Virus record (IMG/VR): IMGVR_UViG_3300002835_000018
Strand: one strand, 5' to 3'
From: a virus
Length of the DNA: 64,000 bases
Below, one piece after another: positions 6,930 through 13,285 of this stretch (the stretch's first letter is position 1; the number at the start of each line of letters is the position of its first letter). The notes beneath the pieces are model-generated. The model saw nothing but the letters and a program-made list of their open reading frames with translations. It was not told the origin of the DNA and ran no database searches. The translations under genes and the position numbers were made by a program.

Positions 6930-6987
6930 GGCCTAAAGGCCCGGCTCACCATCTTGCGATGGCAAGCCATTGCCAGCCTTACGGCTA
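6930..6987 (-). other. Run of three hairpins, two with GNRA loops on the minus strand
   Basis: UAGCC-GUAA-GGCUG, GGCUUGCCAUC-GCAA-GAUGGUGAGCC and GGCC-UUUA-GGCC. Confidence 0.7.
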
Positions 6988-7053
6988 CTATTCAATGTTA
7001 CATACCATTATGGTAACAATGTAAGCAACTAAAGCAGATACCATCATTAGCAT
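6988..7053 (-). CDS. 21-aa hydrophobic peptide (MLMMVSALVAYIVTIMVCNIE)
   Basis: GGAGA RBS; starts 1 nt after the upstream stop. Confidence 0.5.
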   Translation of the reverse strand: MLMMVSALVAYIVTIMVCNIE

Positions 7054-7054
7054 G

Positions 7055-7126
7055 TTAGTATTCTCCAAATAGCACTATAAGTAATCCTACAAACACACCG
7101 GCTATTGCACCTATCATTGCTTCCAT
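7055..7126 (-). CDS. 23-aa hydrophobic peptide (MEAMIGAIAGVFVGLLIVLFGEY)
   Basis: AGGAGG RBS; TAATG stop/start overlap. Confidence 0.6.
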   Translation of the reverse strand: MEAMIGAIAGVFVGLLIVLFGEY

Positions 7127-7227
7127 TATTCGCCCCTCCTGTTATATTCTGGTGGCTTATTGATATAAACAACCATTTGCCAAAAACAGATACAATAAAC
7201 AATAAATCCGATTGTAGCTACTATCAT
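7126..7227 (-). CDS. 33-aa single-TM peptide (MIVATIGFIVYCICFWQMVVYINKPPEYNRRGE)
   Basis: ATGA overlap with the upstream gene; AAGGAAGG RBS. Confidence 0.55.
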   Translation of the reverse strand: MIVATIGFIVYCICFWQMVVYINKPPEYNRRGE

Positions 7228-7424
7228 CTTGACACCTTCCTTCCTTGTAATTCTTTACGATATATCGATATTTGATCTACATACTTGCCATAGGTATCAA
7301 TCCCATTGGCTATACATTCTTGGCAATCAGCTATACTAGCTATTAGCCCTGCAATTGACATTCTCTTAGCCTTGACTATCTCAGTCTCCCAATTGCATAT
7401 GTAAGGATTATATGTATTAAACAT
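7224..7424 (-). CDS. Hypothetical protein
   Basis: 66 aa; AAGGAGAG RBS. Confidence 0.75.
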   Translation of the reverse strand: MFNTYNPYICNWETEIVKAKRMSIAGLIASIADCQECIANGIDTYGKYVDQISIYRKELQGRKVSR

Positions 7425-7566
7425 TCGACTCTCCTTGTGTTAGAATATCCCAATCTACTACTATCGGTGTATCTTCGCATTCTAGCGTGATACTAGGCTC
7501 CCATGCCTCATAACTACCATCTCCCATATCTTCCCAAATAATCATCTCACAATCGTCACTGTCCAT
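7417..7566 (-). CDS. Acidic 49-aa protein (MDSDDCEMIIWEDMGDGSYEAWEP...), not in the track
   Basis: AAGGAGAG RBS behind promoter copy 17; 15 D/E and no K/R. Confidence 0.65.
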   Translation of the reverse strand: MDSDDCEMIIWEDMGDGSYEAWEPSITLECEDTPIVVDWDILTQGESNV

Positions 7567-7603
7567 CGTACTCTCCTTGTTAGTGTTACCTTACCTATAT
7601 ACT

Positions 7604-7631
7604 TATTCGTTTGCCCCCTGCTTTTATTTAG
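7604..7631 (-). promoter_or_regulatory. Early promoter copy 17
   Basis: TATTCG-16 nt-ATTTAG. Confidence 0.85.
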
Positions 7632-7661
7632 GAAAAAACAGGAAAAACTTTTTTTATTTTA

Positions 7662-7913
7662 TTAATCGTGGATTACTCCATCGACTATGTATTTGAGAGA
7701 ATAAGCCGATATCGTTTTTTCTCCATGATGATTACCTTCATTGTACGATACTAAAATATAGTATCCATTTTTAGACTTAGCTATTCGTTCTAGTGTACCG
7801 AATCTAAAACCGTCTACTTTACTATCCGCTTGACTATACTTGTTTATCGATATTTTCTTACCGATATTTTCAGCGAATACACCACTTACCGTACCGTTCT
7901 CAATCTTAATCAT
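7662..7913 (-). CDS. Hypothetical protein
   Basis: 83 aa; AAGGA RBS; own promoter. Confidence 0.7.
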   Translation of the reverse strand: MIKIENGTVSGVFAENIGKKISINKYSQADSKVDGFRFGTLERIAKSKNGYYILVSYNEGNHHGEKTISAYSLKYIVDGVIHD

Positions 7914-7988
7914 TTTACTATCCTTGTGCTAAACTATTGTGATAGTGCTTAATTAGGTGACTATCTTAACCTTGCCCGCCTATCTATC

Positions 7989-8016
7989 TATTCGTTTGAT
8001 AGGCTAAATTATTTAG
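7989..8016 (-). promoter_or_regulatory. Early promoter copy 18
   Basis: TATTCG-16 nt-ATTTAG; contains the upstream stop codon. Confidence 0.85.
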
Positions 8017-8255
8017 TAAGATTCTAAATTATTTTCATATTCTTCCCTAAGACATTCTTCAGCTTCGAATCGTGCAATCATATTTTTCTCCATTGCGATA
8101 AAAGCTTGTGCCTCTCTCTCACTATCTACTGTATTGACTAATGTCGCTAAAATCCTCTTGCTTAATCTTGTGCCATTTTTGAATGTCGTTACAAGTTCAA
8201 TCTTTTCATCCCAAATATCGTACTGGCCTTGGCTATTGCTATTGTATACTAACAT
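8013..8255 (-). CDS. Hypothetical protein
   Basis: 80 aa; AAGGA RBS; own promoter. Confidence 0.75.
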   Translation of the reverse strand: MLVYNSNSQGQYDIWDEKIELVTTFKNGTRLSKRILATLVNTVDSEREAQAFIAMEKNMIARFEAEECLREEYENNLESY

Positions 8256-8314
8256 CGTTTCTTTCCTTGTTTTAATCCCTTAAGGTATAACTCATTGTTT
8301 CCCTTATGCTATTC

Positions 8315-8342
8315 TATTCGCTTAAGCCCATTAATTATTTAG
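8315..8342 (-). promoter_or_regulatory. Early promoter copy 19
   Basis: TATTCG-16 nt-ATTTAG. Confidence 0.85.
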
Positions 8343-8496
8343 TAGAATTTAAAAAGTATTTAAAATAATTTTAAAAAGATAATAGGATAAATATATCCAA
8401 TTTTGAATGGGTATGATTAGGTAATACAATCGGCCCGAACTTAGCCAAACTCCATAGCTTCCCTAAGCCCGCCAGTTTAGGTAATACTGGCAAGTT

Positions 8497-8523
8497 AAAA
8501 TTTGAGGGGAGATCTCTCTCCCC
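8497..8523 (-). terminator. Hairpin/terminator after the sigma gene
   Basis: GGGGAGA-GAGA-UCUCCCC followed by UCAAAUUUU (weak U-tract). Confidence 0.5.
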
Positions 8524-8543
8524 CCCTATCTTTCCTATCTTAC

Positions 8544-9038
8544 TTAATCCTCCCTCTTGAAAGCGTCTTTGAGTTCATTCCAAATTTGGCTTATTCTACC
8601 TTCTGATAATTCCAATTCCTTAGCAATCTCTTGATTAGTAAAGCGACAAGCTTTCATGATAATGATATTGTATTCTTGCAAGGTAATCATAGCATCGTCA
8701 AGCAATTCTTGGGCTTGCGTTTGAACTTGTGCTACTAGATCTTCACTAGTGTTAATAGGATCTTGAATCTTACCTAGACTATCTTCACAAGATAGGGAAG
8801 TAGTGTTTTTTCTTACATATTTCTTGCGAAGTTCATCATTAAGCTTATTCTTATAAACTACCCAAATAAACTTTTCAAAGCTAACATCCGATTGGCTACG
8901 GTCAAAGGTAATATAAGCACTTCCAACAACATCGTGGGCAAGTTCGCTTGCTTGCGACTGATTAAGCTTTTTTGAAGCTACTGCAATCAGCTTAGAAGTT
9001 ACTAGGTTAACATCGCAACCGAAAACTGAATTATCCAT
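8544..9038 (-). CDS. Sigma-70 family (ECF-sized) sigma factor
   Basis: Region 2-like ASELAHDV...FDRSQSDVSFEKFIWVVYKNKLNDELRK and region 4 HTH TNQEIAKELELSEGRISQI; the start is probably one of the ATGs at 9038-9047. Confidence 0.8.
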   Translation of the reverse strand: MDNSVFGCDVNLVTSKLIAVASKKLNQSQASELAHDVVGSAYITFDRSQSDVSFEKFIWVVYKNKLNDELRKKYVRKNTTSLSCEDSLGKIQDPINTSEDLVAQVQTQAQELLDDAMITLQEYNIIIMKACRFTNQEIAKELELSEGRISQIWNELKDAFKRED

Positions 9039-9104
9039 AATCATCATCCTTGTAAAAAGTTTAGTAACTGAGAAGTTCAATTACCATAATATCATTCTAA
9101 TATC

Positions 9105-9132
9105 TATTCGGAATAAGTCTAGATTAATTTAA
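9105..9132 (-). promoter_or_regulatory. Early promoter copy 20 (drives the sigma gene)
   Basis: TATTCG-16 nt-ATTTAA. Confidence 0.85.
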
Positions 9133-9315
9133 GTTAATTTTAAAATATTCCCAAAGTTTGTCATTGTGGCAGGTGACGGGTTTTCCGTCTGTCATATTGG
9201 CGGGGTTTTTTCAAATTGACTGCCATTCTGGCAGGGGGTGTCCAAACCCGGGGGCATGTACACTTAACAAGCCAACTATTATAAAAATGTACTACCCATT
9301 CTAGGCAAATCGGCC

Positions 9316-9501
9316 CTAAAGTTTCTTCTTTCTTCGACCAATTTTGCGTTTTACTTCGGGCATCATGTTGCGAATTGTAGCTACACAAATATCTATAAGG
9401 AGTACTTTCCTCAAGGTGTCAACCATTTCTTGAAGTGACATTCGGTAATAGTTCTTGAGTATGAAATCGCAGATAACTTTTTTGGTAGATTTGTCAATCA
9501 T
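9316..9501 (-). CDS. Small basic HTH-like protein
   Basis: FILKNYYRMSLQEMVDTL resembles the N-terminus of ORF 10992; overlaps the upstream gene's stop. Confidence 0.5.
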   Translation of the reverse strand: MIDKSTKKVICDFILKNYYRMSLQEMVDTLRKVLLIDICVATIRNMMPEVKRKIGRRKKKL

Positions 9502-10249
9502 TTGGTTTACTCGCCCACTGGTCAAACTTGTCTTGTGGTATGAACTCTGTTGTTTCGCATTTCGCCCAACTCATAAATTGTTTGTTTACTAATAGGTAAG
9601 CCTTCGGCTTACTCTCAAAACATCTGCTAGCCCAATAAAATCCAGAGAAGGATGAAACCAAAAGAGAAAGCTTAGGCATCAATGTCGAAATTTGCCTTCG
9701 ATTGAATTCGCCCATATCTACAATCTTCGCTTTGCTCGATGGATAGTTGCCATTGCACAACCATAAAATGTGGTAGTCTTTGCAGTATTTTTTTACTATC
9801 TTATCGCCAAAGTGTTTATCTATATAGCTTTGATGACTTGAAAAATGTGATTCGACCCCAAGCAATGGTTTATCATTAAATCGCCCTACAAATTCTTCTG
9901 CCCAATCTAATTCTTCTTTTGTTGGAAAAAAAGCAGGACCATCTTTTATATAATCATACCCATGTCTTTTTAGGTGCATAGGAACTCTTGCATCTAATTG
10001 ATTAACCTGAGCCGGTATTCCACTTATGGTCGTGTCTATTATTTTATATTTTTCCTCTCTGGCAAAAGCATGAGCAGAGGGGTTATCCATATAGATAAGC
10101 TTTTTAACATTGGGCATGTTTAATAGAGCACAATCAAACTTTCTACTTGTGCATACAATTATTTCTGCATCTCTTATTTGAGATATTGCACCGGCGGAAC
10201 AAAGATTATCTCCAAACCGTTCATAAGCTTGGACTAGCAATTTTTCCAT
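9494..10249 (-). CDS. Glycosyltransferase, GT9/heptosyltransferase-like
   Basis: N-terminal RFGDNLCSAGAISQIR and C-terminal LLVSSFSGFYWAS fit the GT9 pattern. Confidence 0.6.
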   Translation of the reverse strand: MEKLLVQAYERFGDNLCSAGAISQIRDAEIIVCTSRKFDCALLNMPNVKKLIYMDNPSAHAFAREEKYKIIDTTISGIPAQVNQLDARVPMHLKRHGYDYIKDGPAFFPTKEELDWAEEFVGRFNDKPLLGVESHFSSHQSYIDKHFGDKIVKKYCKDYHILWLCNGNYPSSKAKIVDMGEFNRRQISTLMPKLSLLVSSFSGFYWASRCFESKPKAYLLVNKQFMSWAKCETTEFIPQDKFDQWASKPND

Positions 10250-10251
10250 AA

Positions 10252-10270
10252 TGTATTATAATTAATACAC
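10252..10270. promoter_or_regulatory. Bidirectional late-type promoter palindrome TGTATTA-TAAT-TAATACA
   Basis: Sits in the 35-nt gap between divergent genes; each strand carries a near copy of the late box. Confidence 0.6.
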
Positions 10271-10284
10271 AGGAGAAATCAATA

Positions 10285-10479
10285 ATGAATACGCCACAAA
10301 AGATAGAGACAGAATTAAGAATAGTTGCTCACGGAGATATTTTAACTCCAATTGAGCCAGATCCTTCTGAGGATGAAGCATTAATTAGGATAGTCGCAAA
10401 CACTAGTTCTTTGGAAACTAAAACAAATGATCTATCCTCACGGACTGACGGAAAAGCAAGTGATGACGGCAATGGATAA
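10285..10479 (+). CDS. Hypothetical protein
   Basis: 64 aa; AGGAG RBS. Confidence 0.6.
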   Translation: MNTPQKIETELRIVAHGDILTPIEPDPSEDEALIRIVANTSSLETKTNDLSSRTDGKASDDGNG

Positions 10480-11014
10480 GGCAATCGCCCTCCTTGCTAC
10501 AACATTTATGTTTGGTTATTATGATAGTGATGACATAAGACAAGAAGCTTATATTTTTGGTTTAGAAGCTTTACCTCGTTATGACCCATCTCGCCCACTG
10601 GAAAATTTCTTGTACACGCACATAAGAAATCGGCTAATAAATTTCAAGCGTGACAAATACCATCGCACAGACTCTCCCTGCAAAATCTGTTCAGAACACG
10701 GTAGGCATCCAGATGGCTCAGTTTGCCAGAAGTACATCTCTTGGAAAAGAAGAAACTCATCTAAGCAAAACTTGATGCGACCACAAGATATACAGAACAC
10801 TGATGATACAGAAAAGGCTATGAGACTAAATCAATCTGTTGTAGATGATGCAAACATAGCTGAATGTTTAGAGCTTATAGATAATAATCTAGATGTTGAA
10901 CTTAGATCAACTTATATTAGAATGAAGAATGGCGAACCAGTGCCAAAAGCCAAAAGATTTAAAATAGAAGAATCAATTAAGGAGATTATAAGTGGCAGGA
11001 AAAAGGCTGAATAA
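10427..11014 (+). CDS. Sigma-70 family factor (region 2 plus Cys/His insert, no clear region 4); candidate late sigma
   Basis: DDIRQEAYIFGLEALPRYDPSRPLENFLYTHIRNRLINFKRD; CKIC..H..H....C insert. Confidence 0.8.
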   Translation: MIYPHGLTEKQVMTAMDKAIALLATTFMFGYYDSDDIRQEAYIFGLEALPRYDPSRPLENFLYTHIRNRLINFKRDKYHRTDSPCKICSEHGRHPDGSVCQKYISWKRRNSSKQNLMRPQDIQNTDDTEKAMRLNQSVVDDANIAECLELIDNNLDVELRSTYIRMKNGEPVPKAKRFKIEESIKEIISGRKKAE

Positions 11015-11774
11015 AACTGACCGTGATTATATAGCTACGAACCACCAATCAATGTCTCTCTCAGATCTCTCTGCTAAAATAAATAAGTCTGAGGATATGA
11101 TTGTGGATTATATTGCAGATTTGCAATTAAAGGAAAAGGCTGGTGAGCTAAGAAGCAGTAAAGCGTGGAAGCAACTTAGGCAAGAGATGGATGAGGATGA
11201 GCTAGAGTACTTTGAAGAGCAGTATGTAAAGTACATGGCCCAGTTCAGAGAAGATGTGCTCGTAACTGAGGAAACACAAATATTTTTGGTTATCAAGTTT
11301 GAGATAATGATGCATAGGAATGCCAAGGGCAAAAGGAATGCAGCGAAAGATATTGGGCGATTAGTCAGACAACAAGAACAGTACATGGGGCGATTTAGCT
11401 CTCCAGATGAAATGTCTGATACAGACCGCACTTACTTGTTGAACTTGGAAACTCAAATACAAGCAGCTAAAGCATCTGAACAAGCTCGCTCTACAGAGTA
11501 TATAAAACTTGAGGAAAAACATCAGGCACTACTCAAAGATTTAAAGGCGACCAGAGATCAGCGTGTAACAAGGATTGAGTCATCTAAAGAGACATACTTG
11601 TCGATAATCAAGAAGCTTCAGAATGAAGAAGAGCGTGATCTAATAGGTGGCAGTATGGAAACTATGAAGATGGCGACTAAAAAAGAAGAGAAAAAACTAA
11701 CTAGCGTTCATACATTTGAAGATGGTAGTCAGGATCTACCAGTTTTAGCACCAAAGGAAAAAGAAGATGAGTAA
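10992..11774 (+). CDS. Probable terminase small subunit (HTH plus coiled coil)
   Basis: N-terminal HTH-like segment, helical body, and position upstream of the large terminase; positional inference. Confidence 0.4.
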   Translation: MAGKRLNKTDRDYIATNHQSMSLSDLSAKINKSEDMIVDYIADLQLKEKAGELRSSKAWKQLRQEMDEDELEYFEEQYVKYMAQFREDVLVTEETQIFLVIKFEIMMHRNAKGKRNAAKDIGRLVRQQEQYMGRFSSPDEMSDTDRTYLLNLETQIQAAKASEQARSTEYIKLEEKHQALLKDLKATRDQRVTRIESSKETYLSIIKKLQNEEERDLIGGSMETMKMATKKEEKKLTSVHTFEDGSQDLPVLAPKEKEDE

Positions 11775-12816
11775 AACAGCACTAGTGTTCGGAGCAACTG
11801 GACAAGATGGATCTTATCTGTGCGAAATGCTTTTGAGGAAGGGTTATGATGTCTTAGCGATAGCAAGAAGGTCTTCCGTAGATAATACGAATAGACTCGA
11901 AAAATGCTTAAAACACAAACGATTCACTATGGTCAGGGGCGACATATGTGATCAATCTTTCGTTTTCAGCACTATAGCCGAGAGTAATCCAGCGGAAATT
12001 TACAACTTGGCAGCACAGAGTCATGTGGGCGATTCTTTTACGCAACCGAACTACACGATTGATGTAGATTTGATGGGAACATTGAATGTTTTAAATGGAA
12101 TTTTAAACTTTTCAAAATCTTCAAGATTTTATCAGGCTTCTACGAGTGAAATGTATGGTTCCTGTTTCTCTTACTTTAGTCCTATTGATGGTACTAGGGT
12201 TGAGTCTAAAACTGCTATTAGCAGAGAAGATTTTATTGACAAGAATTGTTTTCAAGACGAACTCACTGCAATGATACCTAATTCGCCATATGGGGTTGCG
12301 AAGCTGGCATCCCACAATTTGGTAAAAATATACAGAGAGTCTTATGGCTTATATGCTTGTTCGGGCATACTCTTCAATCATGAATCGCCAAGGCGTGGTG
12401 AATTGTTTGTCACAAGAAAAATAACATCTTGGATAGGAAGATATAAAAATGGGAAGACAAAAGAAAAGTTGCAGCTTGGTAATATAGACTCTTTGCGTGA
12501 TTGGGGTCATGCAAAAGATTATGTTGAAGCAATGTATTTGATGCTTCAATTAAATTCGCCACATGACTTTGTAGTGTCTACTGGGTGTACTTACTCTGTA
12601 GAAGATTTTTTAAACTCTGCTTTTAAACATGCAGATTTGGGAAATTGGAAAAAGCATGTTGCTTTAAATCCAACATTAAAAAGACCATTTGAGGTTGATG
12701 CTCTTCGTGGAATATCAAAAAAGGCAGTAAAAGCCCTTAAGTGGAAACCAGGTTATAATTTTGATCTTCTTGTTAAAGAGATGGTCGAAAGCGATATAGA
12801 TGGACACAAAGTATAA
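11767..12816 (+). CDS. gmd: GDP-mannose 4,6-dehydratase
   Basis: GATGQDGSYL, YNLAAQSHV, FYQASTSEMYG, SPYGVAK, GILFNHESPRRG, FVTRKI and RDWGHAKDYV. Confidence 0.95.
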   Translation: MSKTALVFGATGQDGSYLCEMLLRKGYDVLAIARRSSVDNTNRLEKCLKHKRFTMVRGDICDQSFVFSTIAESNPAEIYNLAAQSHVGDSFTQPNYTIDVDLMGTLNVLNGILNFSKSSRFYQASTSEMYGSCFSYFSPIDGTRVESKTAISREDFIDKNCFQDELTAMIPNSPYGVAKLASHNLVKIYRESYGLYACSGILFNHESPRRGELFVTRKITSWIGRYKNGKTKEKLQLGNIDSLRDWGHAKDYVEAMYLMLQLNSPHDFVVSTGCTYSVEDFLNSAFKHADLGNWKKHVALNPTLKRPFEVDALRGISKKAVKALKWKPGYNFDLLVKEMVESDIDGHKV

Positions 12817-13285
12817 AGTAATTAGAGATACTAGAGAGCAAAATGGCTGGACTTTTATGCCAGCAAAAGCTTGCGATGGAACTGTATCTGGAACACTAAA
12901 GACTGGTGATTATTCCATAGAGGGATATCAAGATATATTAACCATAGAAAGAAAAGGTTCTATTGCAGAATTGGCAACAAATTTAGTTGAAGATAGATTT
13001 GAAAGAGAACTAGAAAGAATGGAGTCTTTTAAATATGCATTTATGATCTTAGAGTTTTCTATGGATGATTTAATTAAATACCCTAAAGGTTCTGGAATAC
13101 CATACTATAAGATGAAGAGTGTAAAATTAAATCCGTTTTTCTTACTTAAAAGATTAATTGAAATAGAACTTAAGCATAAGGTTAAAATTATCTTTGCAGA
13201 AAATCATGGGCAAACTGTTGCTTCATCAATATTTAAAAGAGTGATTGAAAATGAAGGACCAAGAGAAATTAAAGAGCATAATTGA
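12800..13285 (+). CDS. ERCC4/XPF-family nuclease
   Basis: DTREQ, LKTGDYS, IERKG..EL and RFERELERM. Confidence 0.85.
   Translation: MDTKYKVIRDTREQNGWTFMPAKACDGTVSGTLKTGDYSIEGYQDILTIERKGSIAELATNLVEDRFERELERMESFKYAFMILEFSMDDLIKYPKGSGIPYYKMKSVKLNPFFLLKRLIEIELKHKVKIIFAENHGQTVASSIFKRVIENEGPREIKEHN

Noticed and set aside
127-9132. CRISPR array reading of the early repeats
   Set aside because: The repeats are bipartite with a variable middle, irregularly spaced (about 135-1360 nt), separated by genes, and no cas genes are present.
12155-12250. About 25-aa insertion in Gmd as an intein or intron remnant
   Set aside because: It is too short, in frame and has no splicing motifs; it lies in a variable loop after STSEMYG.
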